DNA of 64,000 nt from Eledone cirrhosa (taxonomy: Eukaryota): positions 10,168,001 through 10,232,000 of the forward strand of contig OZ024762.1 of NCBI GenBank assembly GCA_964016885.1. The letters run 5' to 3'. The notes under the pieces were generated by a model. The model worked only from the letters and a program-made list of their open reading frames with translations, did not search any database and was not told the origin of the DNA. Both the position numbers and the translations under genes were made by a program. This document shows, piece after piece, positions 28,233 through 42,194 of the stretch (position 1 is its first letter; each line of letters starts with the position of its first letter).

Positions 28233-28884
28233 TAAGGTATTGTTCTCAAAATAAATACTTTCAAAATCTCATAGATTCGATATTATGTGAGATAAAGCCT
28301 TTACCATGAAAATACAATAGTATATATAGAGTAATGTAAATGTTATGTGAGGTAAAGCCTTTACTGTGAAAATACAATAGTATATATAGAGTAATGTAAT
28401 GTTATGTGAGGTAAAGCCTTTACTGAGAAAATACAGTAGTATATATAGAGTAATGTAATGTTATGTGAGGTAAAGGCTTTACTGAGAAAATACAATAGTA
28501 TATATAGAGTAATGTAAATGTTATGTGAGGTAAAGCCTTTACTGTGAAAATACAATAGTATATATAGAGTAATGTAATGTTATGTGAGGTAAAGCCTTTA
28601 CTGAGAAAATACAATAGTATATATAGAGTAATGTAATGTGAGGTAAAGGCTTTACTGAGAAAATACAATAGTATATATAGAGTAATGTAATGTTATGTGA
28701 GGTAAAGCCTTTACTGTGAAAATACAATAGTATATATATAGAGTAATGTAATGTTATGTGAGGTAAAGCCTTTACCGTGAAAATACAATAGCATATATAG
28801 AATAATGTAAATGTTATGTGAGGTAAAGCCTTTACCGTGAAAATACAATAACATATATAGAGTAATGTAATGTTAAAGGGTTAA
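28233..28884. mobile_element. piggyBac-like MITE (inverted relative to 8285) with an expanded ~59-bp internal array
   Basis: Ends TGTTAAAGGG TTAA; about 10 units of TTATGTGAGGTAAAGCCTTTACTGTGAAAATACAATAGTATATATAGAGTAATGTAA. Confidence 0.8.
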
Positions 28885-28971
28885 GTATCAAGTGATGGCA
28901 TTACTTGATATTGAGTTGCAGCCATCACATATATATATATACATCTATGTATATATGTATGGACGTGTGTG

Positions 28972-29310
28972 TCATCATCATCATCATTTCAATTTACGTC
29001 CGCTTTTCCCTGCTTGCAAGAGTGGGACGGGAACTGATTCTGGCTTGATTTCTACAGCTGGATGCCCTTCCTAACACCAACCTCATTTACAGTGAGTGCT
29101 GGGTGCTATTTTGCTGTGGCACCTCTACGACCACTTTGCAGTGGTATGATATGGACCCCAGTCCCTATCATCTCATTTCTACAGCTGAGTAAACTGGAGC
29201 AATGTGAAATAAAGTGTCTTGCTCAAGGAAACAACACATCACTCGGTCTGAGAATTGATGTGTTGTTTCCTTGAGCAAGACACTTTATTTCACATTGCTC
29301 CAGTTTACTC
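28972..29310 (-). mobile_element. SINE S2 with a 5' inversion (foldback)
   Basis: 29187-29241 is repeated in inverted orientation at 29256-29310, replacing the tRNA head. Confidence 0.8.
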
Positions 29311-30307
29311 GTTAATATATATTGTGAAAGTAATGAGAGCCTTACTACACATAGTCCAGGTCACTTAATATGCTAGAGATAGCACCTGTAAGTTCCCTCA
29401 AATAACCTACCGGCAGCGGTGTGGCAATGGTTGTACCGATAATAGTGGTGGTGGTCATGATGATGAAGAAGTTGGTGGTTGGTAACAGTGGTGGTAGTAG
29501 TAGTAGTGATGATAATGGTGTGGGTTGGTGGTGGTAGTAGTAGTGGAGGTGGTGGCAGTAGAAGTAGTAGTGATGGTGGTAATAGTAGTAATGGTAGTCG
29601 TGGTAGTGGTAGTAGTAGTAGTGCCATCAATAAGCAGGGGATCTTACCAAATTAATGAGTTGTATTACCAGTGCTAAAGTCTATTTATTTCTTCCCAGCC
29701 TCACTCTCACACACAAACATACAAACACACACAAACATAGACACACACACACACAAACATACAGACACAGACACACAAACAGAGACGCAGACACACAAAC
29801 ATACAGACGCAGAGACACAAACATACAGACACACACACACGCAAACATAGACAGACACACACACACAGACGCAAATACAGAGACGCAGACATACAAACAT
29901 ACAGACGCTGACGCAGACACACTGATGCACAGACACACACACAGACGCAGACACACAAACGAAGACAGGCTCACACTCATTACACAAAGACAGAGACACA
30001 CACAAACAGGGACGCTCACATAAATACCATTTTATTTTTCTTTCATTAACCGACGTTCCGCCATTGCTTCTTCGCCCTAACAATAGATGCTTCATTCAAA
30101 ACAAAACGTTAAAAAAACCTGCTTTAGTGTCGCCATAACACCGGAACTAGATTATATTTTAATGTCGCCATGACACCGGAACTGAAGTAAAACTGGTAAT
30201 GAGCAAACGTTTGAAGAATTAACGACTGAAAATATAGTTTTTGTTTTGATTATATCTATCTGTCTGTCTGTCTATTCATCTGCATATATATTTAGCTATC
30301 TATCTAT

Positions 30308-30957
30308 CCAACAACTGATTATTTTTTTCAAATACCACTTTGGAAGAAGAATCAGGATGGAGAGAGAGGTGCTGTACCCCAGCAAGTTTTATGAAAGGTG
30401 GGTGAAAGTGGCGAGAATGGCCCGAGTGAATGAGCCTTCTCTCTATATCAGCCTGTAGGTTGAGGAAGAGAGGAAAAGGGGTACTCACTCTTCGTACTCC
30501 TGGAGATGAGGGTTGCACATTTTTTCGGGGGTATGTGTTACCCATATGAAATGTCTCCCCCTATTGGGGAAAATCGATTAACTTTTAAATTACATTTGTG
30601 ATAATATTTTACACGTTTTTATTGTATGTAAACTTCCCCATTTTGTATTTGTCCCCTTCTTTTGTGCCCCTGTGGCTAATAAAGAAACATATCTATCTAT
30701 CTATCTATCCCTGGCATGTCTTTGTTTTGTCCCCTTTTCTTGTGCGCCCTTGTGGCTAAAAAAGAAATATATCTATCTAGGTACCTATTAATCTAGCCAC
30801 CTTCTTACATTTATCTATCAGTCTATTCATCTGTCTATATATCCAGATACCTACGTATCTATCTATCTATCTATCTATCTATTGTATGTAAACTTCCCCT
30901 TTTGTATTTGTCCTCTTCTTTTGTGCCCCTGTGGCTAATAAAGAAACATATCTATCT
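30308..30957 (+). mobile_element. Tx1/L1-like LINE 3' end plus extra 3'UTR-terminal copies in (CTAT)n
   Basis: QQLIIFFKYHFGRRIRMEREVLYPSKFYERWVKVARMARV...*, then AATAAAGAAACATATCTATC. Confidence 0.65.
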
Positions 30958-31104
30958 ACCTACCTACCTACCTACCTACATACATACATACATACCTATC
31001 TACGTACCCATTCACCAACCTACATATGTCTGTCTGTCTGTCTGTCTTTCTGTTTTTTTCTGTCTAGTGAAATGTTAGGACGCCATTCTATGGAAACCTG
31101 CTTC

Positions 31105-31145
<41 letters not shown>

Positions 31146-31708
31146 GACCACAACCATCACTATCATCATCACTGCCACCAATATCAACAACCAGCACAAA
31201 GACCAATGCCAATACCATACCAGCACCAAGACCAATGCCAATACCATACCAGCACCAAGACCAACGCCAATACCATACCAGCACCAACATCACTACCATA
31301 CTAGCACCAAGCCCAACAACAATATCACACCACCACCACCACTACCAAGCCCACCACCAAGACCAGTCAATACCAAGCCCAACAACAATACCACACCACC
31401 GCCACCAAGACCAATACCATCAAGCCCACCACCACCACCAACATCACACCGCCGCCAACATCACACCGCCGTCAACACCACCACCAACATCACACCGCCG
31501 CCACCACCAACATCACACCGCCGCCAACATCACACCGCCGTCACCATCACACCGCCGTCACCATCACACCACCATCAACACCACCACCACCATTAAGTGG
31601 TAATTTAATTAAAAACACTCACTTAGCTCCAGTGTAGTAGAAACATAATATTTGGCGTTTTAACACGGAATAATTTGAAATGAAATTACAATTGCATACC
31701 TAATTTGA

Positions 31709-31745
<37 letters not shown>

Positions 31746-31908
31746 CTCACAATGTATACATATATAAGCATAAATATGAATATAAATATACATATATATG
31801 TATATATATATATATACATATGGATATATATATATATACACATATATGCATACATATATATAAAAATAAAAACACATATATACATATAATGCATGCATAC
31901 ATATACAC

Positions 31909-31963
<55 letters not shown>

Positions 31964-31968
31964 CACAC

Positions 31969-32318
31969 ATCATCATCATCATCATCATTTCATTTTACAT
32001 CCGCTTTTTCCCTGCTTGCAAGGGTGCGACGGGAACTGATTTTGGCTTGATTTCTACAGCTGGATGCCCTTCCTAACACCAACCTCATTTACAGTGAGTG
32101 CTGGGTGCTTTTTTTGCCGTGGCACCTACACGTCCACTTTGCAGTGGAATGATATGGACCCCAGTCCCTATCATCTCATTTCTACAGCTGAGTAAACTGG
32201 AGCAATGTGAAATAAAATGTCTTGCTCAAGGAAACAATACATCACCCGGTCTGAGAATTGAACTCAAAACCTTTCGATTGCAAGGCCAATGCTCTAACCA
32301 CTAAGCCATGTGCCTCCA
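31969..32318 (-). mobile_element. Full-length SINE family S2
   Basis: Minus starts GGAGGCACATGGCTTAGTGGTTAGAGC; same body and (GAT)n tail as 20902. Confidence 0.85.
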
Positions 32319-32357
32319 CATACATATATACACACTCACACATATATATATATACAC

Positions 32358-32390
<33 letters not shown>

Positions 32391-32391
<1 letters not shown>

Positions 32392-32805
32392 GGTGGTGGC
32401 TGCCAACTCGTTTTCGAGTACGGCCACTACGTTATATCCATGTAGGAGAACTCCTACCGATGCGCTGAACGAGTGTGACTTTTTAGTCCAGCCAGTGACT
32501 TGAAAACTCTGGTACAAACACTAAACTTGTGACAATTACTGACACATAGTGCTGGGCCCATGGTACCATGTGACGACAAGTGCAGAGAGATCTCCAGATA
32601 TAAAGCAATGCCTGTGCCGTGAAGCTTTTATAGTGAGCAAAGGCACTGCACAAAGCCAGTCCCACTCTCTTAACCAAGATGATATTTACCAAAAAGAAGA
32701 ACAAGTCAACATCATTGGATACCATCAGGGTTGCAGGTGTTACATCAGAGTTTTCCTTCTCCTAGAATTCTGCCTTGACAAAGGCTAAGGGGTCATCTCT
32801 CCCGG
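32391..32805 (-). mobile_element. 5'-truncated bipartite RTE-like element
   Basis: Reverse complement of 12338-12750. Confidence 0.7.
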
Positions 32806-33198
32806 CAATATATATACACACATACATATATATACACTCACACATATATACACATATATACATTCACTCACTCACACATACATACATATATATACACACT
32901 CACACATATATATATAGTCTTTGTTCTTCTCAGACATGAGATCTTTAATTTTGTTAGTATATATATATACACACACACACACATATATATATACACAGAT
33001 AAATCTACCAATCAATGGTTGGGTCAGAAACCATCGTAAAATAATGAGTTTTACTATGAATTAACCGTTTTTTGTTTAATTTCATTGTTTTAATATAAAT
33101 ATATATATACTGTAGTCTAAGTTTGATAGAAATATCCAAGGGTAAGAGCATTCAGTCCATAGGTCGAACTAAGTATAATTAGTTACAACAGTGACATA

Positions 33199-33250
33199 AA
33201 CAGGTACTTAAGTTTCGTTGGGTTATGCACACCGACTCATTCAGCCTGTT
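33199..33250 (-). ncRNA. Hammerhead-like motif with a 1-nt core insertion, in a decayed foldback (33175-33322)
   Basis: AACAGG CTGAATGA GTCGG...CCAAC GAA AC-TTAA-GT A CCTGTT. Confidence 0.6.
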
Positions 33251-33573
33251 AGATAAAACGAAAATAGCTATAACCTAACGAAACTTAACAACCTGTATAT
33301 GTCACTGTTGTAACTAATTATATTATCCTGTTATATATATATATTTCTATTTCGAAATACGTATAACAGGATAATAGGATAATAACCAGAGGATGTACAT
33401 TTAAAACTGTCTCCCTTCTTTATGATATCGACACTCCGGTTGTTATCTTATTGATAACATTTTAAGGAATAGAAATCGTGGAGTGTTTTACGTCTGTTTA
33501 CAACCAAAGTCGGTGGATTATCTGCTCAACAACTTCCCTAAATTGAATAATAATTATATATGTACACACACAC

Positions 33574-33616
<43 letters not shown>

Positions 33617-34728
33617 ATATATACAAAGGTGAAAGCAGCGATTCTTTGCTTAAACTTTAATCTGTTATTTTAATATATATATATAATGCCAGAAACAAGG
33701 AAGGTGTATATATATATAAATATATATACGCCTTCCTTGTTTCTGGCATTCCCCACGCAGTCTTACCACCACCACCACCACCACCACCATAACCAGCTCC
33801 ACCACCACCACCACCACCACCATAATGTATATAGTGTCGTCTGGTGACTGACAAGAACTGTCTAGAGCAAATAAACTTAAACACCAATGGGCACACTTCA
33901 GGATATATAACACTATCACCGCCACCACTACACTGCTACTACTACTACTACTACCACCACCACCACCATAACCCCTTCACTACACTACCACTACTACCAA
34001 TACTGCCATAACCAGCACCATAATCATCATCACCGCCACATCGACCACCATCACCACCACCGCTACTATCACCACTACCACCACCACCACTACTACCACC
34101 ACAATCATCATTGACAAGACCAATGGCAACGCCAAGAATACCACTACCACCACCACAATGACCAATACCACTACAACCACCACCACCACGCCCACCACAG
34201 CCACCAAAACCACCACCACCACATCTGTAACCATTCTTATATTCTTATCTATACAAAATAACAAAAAAAAAGTGAGTTTTTCCAAGTTTTATAGGAAAGA
34301 ATGGAGTTGTTTGTCTTCAGACTGGGTTGGAAGTCAGCTGTCTATGACACAGATGTAGTGTTGGTGGTGGTGGTGGTCTTGGTGGTGGTGGTGGTAGTGA
34401 TCGTGGTGAACGTGGTGGCGGTGATGATGGATGGTGATGGTAGTAGTGATGATGATGATGGGGGTGATGGTGATGGTGATGGTGATGGTGGTGATGATGA
34501 TGATGATGGTAGTAGCGGTGGTGATGATGATGATGCACGCACGACTAACCCATTCCCTCTCGTTTCTTTTCCGACGAAGGAGCAACGTCCAATACGTCGA
34601 AATCAAATCATTTCTCTCCTTTTTTTTTTTTTACACACAAACGTTGTCACTTGACCTAATAACATCTTTTGTTATTGTTCCCCCGTGTCTTTCATGTTCG
34701 ACCTTGAACTAAGACCATGTATATATAT

Positions 34729-34807
34729 AAGGTGTCCCCAAAAACTGTACACACACTTTGATTGGAATATTGTTAAAGTGGGTATACATCTTTTGGGGGA
34801 CACCCTG
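34729..34807. mobile_element. Tc1/mariner-like MITE
   Basis: GGTGTCCCCAAAAA.TGTACAC...GTATACATCTTTTGGGGGACACCCTG hairpin. Confidence 0.65.
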
Positions 34808-34837
34808 TTTGTGTGTGTGTGTGTATGTATATATTTT

Positions 34838-34895
<58 letters not shown>

Positions 34896-34953
34896 CGCAC
34901 ACATAATTATTTGTGTGTGTGAGTTTATGTGTATGTATATATTTTTATATATA

Positions 34954-34994
<41 letters not shown>

Positions 34995-35049
34995 GCACAC
35001 AATTGTTTGTGTGTGTGAGTTTATGTGTATGTATATATTTTTATATATA

Positions 35050-35083
<34 letters not shown>

Positions 35084-35237
35084 CGCACACAATTGTTTGT
35101 GTGTGTATATATATACGTACACATAATTATGTGTGTGTGATTAACTTAGTTGTCACCTCTGTGTTATCGTCTGCTACACACCATTATTAGTATCAACTAC
35201 ATATTTGCCATTCCAAAGTAGAAATTGGTGAGGGGGT

Positions 35238-36265
35238 AGTGGAGACGGTGGTGTTGGTGGGGACGGCGGCGGTGAATGTGGTGGAGGCGGTGGTGTTGGT
35301 GGAGACGGCGGCGGTGTTGGTGGAGAAGGCGGTGTTGGTGGAGACGGTGGTGTTGGTGGAGACGGCGGCGGTGAATGTGGTGGAGGCGGTGGTGTTGGTG
35401 GAGACGGCGGCGGTGAATGTGGTGGGTGGAGACGGCGGCGGTGAATGTGGTGGAGACGGTGGTGTTGGTGGAGACGGCGGCGGTGAATGTGGTGGAGACG
35501 GTGGTGTTGGTGGAGACGGCGGCGGTGAATGTGGTGGAGACGGTGGTGTTGGTGGAGACGGCGGCGGTGAATGTGGTGGAGGCGGTGGTGTTGGTGGAGA
35601 CGGCGGCGGTGAATGTGGTGGAGGCGGTGGTGTTGGTGGAGACGGCGGCGGTGAATGTGGTGGAGGCGGTGGTGTTGGTGGAGACGGCGGCGGTGAATGT
35701 GGTGGAGGCGGTGGTGTTGGTGGAGACGGCGGCGGTGAATGTGGTGGAGACGGTGGTGTTGGTGGAGACGGCGGCGGTGAATGTGGTGGAGACGGTGGTG
35801 TTGGTGGAGACGGCGGCGGTGAATGTGGTGGAGACGGTGGTGTTGGTGGAGACGGCGGCGGTGAATGTGGTGGAGACGGTGGTGTTGGTGGAGACGGCGG
35901 CGGTGAATGTGGTGGAGACGGTGGTGGTGGTGGTGGAAGAGAGTATGGTGGAGGAGAGGGAGAGTATAGTGGCGGCGGAGTGCAGGGGTGGAGTGTGGTG
36001 GTGGCAGCTGCGGAGAGTGTAGTGGTGGTGGAGGAGACGGTTGAGAATGTAGTGGTGGAGGAGGCGACGGAGAGTGTAGCGGTGGTGGAGGAGACGGTTG
36101 AGAATGTAGTGGTGGAGGAGGCGACGGAGAGTGTAGTGGTGGTGGAGACGACGGAGAGTGTAGCGGTGGTGGAGGAGGCGGCGGAGAGTGTAGTGGTGGA
36201 GGAGTCGGCGGAGAGTGTAGTGGTGGAGGAGGCGGCGGAGAGTGTAGTGGTGGTGGTGGTGGTGG
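35238..36265. repeat. 42-bp G-rich minisatellite followed by a GGAGAGTGTAGTGGT-type array
   Basis: GGAGACGGCGGCGGTGAATGTGGTGGAG(A/G)CGGTGGTGTTGGT units. Confidence 0.9.
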
Positions 36266-36318
36266 CGAGGTCAATGTAGTTGATATTTTGTTTGAAGTGT
36301 TAAAAGGTCAATTAATTT

Positions 36319-36356
36319 GGCGGAAATAAGATGACAGAGGAAGTTCCGGAAGTGAT
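36319..36356. promoter_or_regulatory. Cluster of ETS-binding motifs
   Basis: GCGGAAAT, GAGGAAGT and CCGGAAGT within 35 bp of non-repetitive sequence. Confidence 0.3.
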
Positions 36357-36535
36357 GTAGTTAGTTAGTGAGGCGTACCGAGGTGAATAAATAGGAGGGC
36401 CGGGGTGGGGGAGTGTAGTGGTAGAGTTGTGGTAGGGTCTGTAGAGTGGGGGGTGAAAGGGGGGGGGGGGGTAGTGAACATTTGTAGCTTTTTAATATGG
36501 TAACGACGTTCGTGATAATGATGATGATGATGATA

Positions 36536-36570
<35 letters not shown>

Positions 36571-37779
36571 AATGATGATGATGATGATGTTGGTGGTGGT
36601 GGTGACGATGATGATGATGATGATTACAACAATACAAAGCCTAATTTGTCAGAATATGAACCTGAACAACAACACCACCACCACAACAATAACAAGCACC
36701 ACCACCGCAACAACAACTCCAAACAATCACCACAACAGCAACAACAACTACAACCGCCACCACCGCCACAACAACAACAACAACAACAACAATAACAAGC
36801 ACCACCACCGCAACAACAACTCCAAACAATCACCACCACACCAACACCACAACAGCAACAACAACTACAACCACCACCACCGCCACTACAACCACCACCA
36901 CCGCCACTACTACTACTACTACTACTACAACTACAACAACACCACAACAACAATAACAAGCACCACCACCGCAACAACAACTCCAAACAATCACCACCAC
37001 ACCAACACCGCAACAACAACTACAACCACCGCCACTACAACAACAACAACTACAACCACCACCACCGCTACTACTACTACTACTACAACCACCACCACCG
37101 CTACTACTACTACTACAACCACCACCACCGCTACTACTACTACTACAACCACCACCACCACCACCACCATCACCACCACAACAACAACAAACTACGAAAA
37201 CCTCAATAACAACAAGAAGCAAGCATGAGACGTAAATTCGTGAAGGGTTCCATATATTTAAAAAAGGGGCTGTGACCGAGCATGGCCTCAGCCTAATGGC
37301 CGCAACAGGTGAAAGTAATAAGCCAATTCCTTATATCTATGACAGAATGGTTAGGAAGTTCGCTTCGCAAACATTAGTTCCAGGGTTCAACCCCACTGTA
37401 TGTAGGGGTTAGATTTAGACTTTGGGGGAGGACAGGGGCACTTTAGGTTTGGGAGAGGGCCCTCATACACAAACAAATATAATACACAGAAAACCCTGCT
37501 TCAATTTTACGTATCAAGGCTATCTAGAAAAGGGCCACTCGTTTGATTGACATGATATCACTGACAAACACGCTCCAGCATCTCTGACCCAGATTTAGTT
37601 TAGACCTTGGGGGTACCCAGAGCATTTCAGGTTTTGAGGAGGGTGCCTTCATATACAAACAATTAGAACACACAGCAAAACCCCCTTCAATTTTACGTAT
37701 CAAGGCCACTCGTTTGATTGACACAATATCGCTGACAGACACTCTCCAGCCTCTCTTACCGCTTCTGTAATGGTTTGTG

Positions 37780-38578
37780 CTGGGCCAGATTTAGACCTTG
37801 GGGTACCCGGGGCATTTCAGGTTTGGAGGAGGAGGAGGGGGGGCTTCATACACAAACAATTAGAAAAACACAGCAAACCCCCATCAATTTTACATATCTA
37901 AGTTAGATTTAGACCTTGGGGTACCCGGGGCATTTCAGGTTTGGAGGAGGAGGAGGGGGGGGCCTTCATACACAAACAATTAGAAAAACACAGCAAACCC
38001 CCATCAATTTTACATATCTAAGTTAGATTTAGACCTTGGGGTACCCGGGGCATTTCAGATTTGGAGGAGGGGGGCCTTTATACACAAACAATTAGAAAAA
38101 CACAGCAAACCCCCATCAATTTTACATATCTAAGTTAGATTTAGACCTTGGGGTACCCGGGGCATTTCAGGTTTGGAGGAGGGGGGGGGGGGCCTTCATA
38201 CACAAACAATTAGAAAAACACAGCAAACCCCAATCAATTTTACATATCTAAGTTAGATTTAGACCTTGGGGTACCCGGGGCATTTCAGATTTGGAGGAGG
38301 GGGGGGGGGGGGCCTTCATACACAAACAATTAGAAAAACACAGCAAACCCCAATCAATTTTACATATCTAAGTTAGATTGGTTTGGCACAAGTAATTGGA
38401 ATTGAGAAGTTATACATACAGGTATTAAATTTAAAAAAATTCTAACCATCCTAAAACTAAAAAGCCGAGCTGAGGGCACAAATAAATTGCTACGACCGTT
38501 GCTCGTGGGGGGGCCCCCACTGACGGGGTCCCGGGGCGATTGAAACCATTTGCCTCGCCATTTTTAGATCCGGTCCTG
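37780..38578. mobile_element. Non-autonomous TIR element (CAGGGCCGGATTTA-type ends) with five ~120-bp internal tandem repeats
   Basis: Left end CTGGGCCAGATTTAG, right end TTAGATCCGGTCCTG. The right part is homologous to 9560-9711, which ends TTAAGTCCGGCCCTG. Confidence 0.55.
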
Positions 38579-38638
38579 ACTATGTTACATCTCGAGCAAG
38601 TGTCATTTACCATAGCCACGGGTTGACTTATGTTTAGT

Positions 38639-38800
38639 ATTTGTTTCTACTTTTCGCACAAGACCAGCAATTATCCCAGTGTATTACTGGTACTTTATTT
38701 TATCGACCCTGCAAGGATGAAAGGCAAAGTTAACTTCGGCGGGATCTGAACTCAGACCATAAAGGACCGTAACTCTTTGCTGCAAAGCATGGCGTCAGAC
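38639..38800 (-). mobile_element. SINE family S1
   Basis: S1 consensus, head truncated. Confidence 0.8.
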
Positions 38801-39088
38801 AAATAATAACAGTTGGGAAATTGGGGGTAAGTAGCCCCTGGTGGCAGAAAAATGTGTTCAAGGGGACACTACTCTATTTTCTTAACTATTATTTATTGAG
38901 ATAGACTATCGTTATAGTAATTTGTGTTGGGACAAACACATTTCAAGTATTCCCAAGTCAACCGTTGTTTTCTCACAGACATGTGTATGTGTGTGTATAT
39001 ATATATGTATATATAAATATACATATATATTTATATACGTAGAGACATATACTTATATACATAGATATACATACATACACACACCCAC

Positions 39089-39127
<39 letters not shown>

Positions 39128-39158
39128 TATGCATATATAAACATACATACTTATATGC

Positions 39159-39190
<32 letters not shown>

Positions 39191-39191
<1 letters not shown>

Positions 39192-39377
39192 ACGAAGGAA
39201 ATGTGGTAAGGAATCAGGTGGACCATAACGCACCAAAGTACTCAATATTTGGGGTAGTAGAGTGGGTAATAGGAACCAGTAAGACCCCGACGGTGGAGCT
39301 CAAGCAGTTTCGACGGCTAATTCTGGAATTAGCCGTCGAAACGGCTTGAGCTCAGCCGTCGGGGTCTTACTTGTTCC

Positions 39378-39378
<1 letters not shown>
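39191..39378 (-). mobile_element. Family A foldback element
   Basis: Same consensus as 13706; inverted arms around 39325; (TA)n flanks. Confidence 0.8.
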
Positions 39379-39417
<39 letters not shown>

Positions 39418-39854
39418 TATACATAGATATGCATACTTATACATACGTATATATATGTATGAATTCATATATATACATACATATATATATATATATATAC
39501 ACACACACACGTATATGTATGTGTGTATACGTGTTTTAGTATTTAGTTCTAACTTAACCGAGCCAACAGCTCGTCGATCAAAGACATTCCAGTCACGCTC
39601 ATCTAGGCTTTTTTCTCCTTTCTTTTGTAAAGAGCGGGTGGAGGGGGCCATTATCTAATATGTCTGTCTCTCCCCCATCCCTTTTTAAAAGATATCAGGG
39701 TGGGATTTCAGGGAGGTCGTCTGGCTGTTATGTCGAACAGGTCGAGTGGTTACGTGGTGGCTTCGTCGTCTCAACTCTGACTGTGATTGCATGACTTTGA
39801 AAGCAAATATCTGGCTTCTTAATATTCTCTACCAGATACTTCGTTTTAATCTCA

Positions 39855-39893
<39 letters not shown>

Positions 39894-39899
39894 CATACA

Positions 39900-39968
<69 letters not shown>

Positions 39969-40770
39969 TATACATACACACACACACACATATATTATAC
40001 ATACACACACACACACATATATTATACATACACACACACACATATATATATATATATATGCACATATATATATATATATGTGTGCACACATATATATATA
40101 TATATATGCACACATATATATATATATATATGCACACATATATATATATATATATGCACAAATATATATATATATATATGCACACACATATATATATATA
40201 TATGCACACACATATATATATATATATGCACACACATATATATATATATGCACACACATATATATATATATATGCACACACATATATATATATATATGCA
40301 CACACATATAACAATATATATATATAACAATATATATATATATATATATTTGAAAAGGGAATAAGGTTCTATACGAAACAGAGGTTATAGAGAAAAAGTG
40401 GAGCTAGAAATAGCACGAAAAATATATTTAAAGGATCTGTTTTTCTTTTTTTTTCTTCAAAGTGACATTATTGAAGAAATCCCGTCGAGGTTAACTTTGC
40501 TTTTCATCAATACGGGGTCGATAAAATAAAGTACCAGTAATACACTGATATAATTGCTGGCTTCGTGCCAAAAGTAGAAACAATTATTGAAGAAAAAAAA
40601 TGAGCGGAACAATTTTTTTTTTAAAAAGGGAGTTTTATAATGTATATAAAATATATAAAATATAACCGGTTTCGATGTTTCAGTGTAATCCATCTTATCA
40701 ATTGTTGAATATTACAATTAAAAAGTATAAAAAATTTAAAATTAAGGTCTGTTCATCTTTCTTGTTGAGA

Positions 40771-40845
<75 letters not shown>

Positions 40846-40854
40846 TCACCTATA

Positions 40855-41045
40855 TATGTGTTTGGGTTCAATCAGGGTTAACCATAGTAAGTAAGGTACT
40901 CAATATATTAGTCAAGTGTAAACACCATGTATAAAAATGGCTTCTACAGGATTAGAACTGTTTCATTCAAAAGAAAATCACCAGGAAAGCTTTCTTGGTC
41001 ATTTCTTTTGAATGAAACAGTTCTACTCCCGTAGAAGCCATTTCT
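40855..41045. mobile_element. Decayed family C foldback element
   Basis: AGTAAGTAAGGTACTCAATA motif and imperfect palindrome 40935-41043; minus-strand core mutated to CTGGTGA. Confidence 0.65.
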
Positions 41046-41097
41046 GTATTAATCATGATGTATATATGTATGTATACATACATGTGTGTAGAATATA

Positions 41098-41176
41098 TAG
41101 GGTGTCCCCAAAAATGTATACACACTTTTATTAGAATGTTGTTGAAGTGTGTATATATTTTTTGGGGGCCACCCTG
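41098..41176. mobile_element. Tc1/mariner-like MITE
   Basis: AGGGTGTCCCCAAAAATGTATACACACTT...AAGTGTGTATATATTTTTTGGGGGCCACCCTG TA. Confidence 0.7.
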
Positions 41177-41612
41177 TATATATACTACTAACATACATCT
41201 ATATTGAAATTTGTCTTACGCTGGTGGGGCCCCCATTGAAGGCGCCCAGGGCAACCTCATCCCTCTCCCATTAAATACGGCCCTTCACACACATCTATAT
41301 TAACTTCTATCTTACGTATAAAAACTAATTCTATTCAGCCTTTCTTTCTCTCTCTCTTAACTTATTTACCCCCCCCCCCTCTCCCTGTCTCTCTATTAGT
41401 TCCACCACCACCTTAATCGCCCTTCTCAACCCCCTCCCTCCTACTACACTGTCTCTATCTCTCTCTCTCTCTCTTCTTTCTAAGGCAATACTATACAATC
41501 TTAGCTTTCTACGCTAAGATAGATTCCTAAATCTGATTTTTATATTTACTTAGTGTGTGTGTGTAGAGAGAGAGAGAGAGGGAAGAGAGAGAGATCTACG
41601 TGTGTGTATGTA

Positions 41613-41660
<48 letters not shown>

Positions 41661-41831
41661 CACGTAGATGCAAAGTTTTTTTTCCATTTCTATAAACAAC
41701 TAAGCTACTCGCCCCCCCGCCGTCGCCGCCAGTAACGTCAGTTTGGGTGGTCCCCCCCGTTCCGCCTTCTCGTACCTCCAGCCATGCAGAGAAAGAGAGA
41801 GGGGGGAGAAAGAGAGGGGGGGGGAGAGAAA

Positions 41832-41865
<34 letters not shown>

Positions 41866-42194
41866 GAGAGAGAGGGAGATGAGATAGAGAGGGGGGAGAG
41901 ATGAGAAAGATTGAAAAGACAAAGGAGGAGATGAGAAAAAAAGAGAGAAGGCAAAGGAGGAGAAAGGGAGAGAGAGGAGGAGGAGGAGAGAGAGAAGGTG
42001 GAGAGAGAGAGAAGGTGGAGAGAGAGAGAAGGTGGAGAGAGAGAGAAGGAGGAGAAAGGAAGAAAGAAGGAGGAGAAAGGAAGAAAGAGAGAGAGACAAC
42101 AACAATAAAGAGAAGCACAGTTTCAGTCAGTCAGTCAGTTAACTGGAGGCTAAGTCCTATAAGACTGCTATAAAACTGAAATGAAATGAATTTT

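Noticed and set aside
35174-36279. Pro/His-rich and Gly/Val-rich 346-366-aa ORFs (also 16250-17054, 36497-37228, 47712-48305)
   Set aside because: Products of trinucleotide-derived minisatellites, open in several frames at once.
41705-41790. CpG-rich patch next to (GA)n as the Elk promoter
   Set aside because: Too short, with no diagnostic core-promoter motif or clear splice donor; cannot be supported without transcript data.
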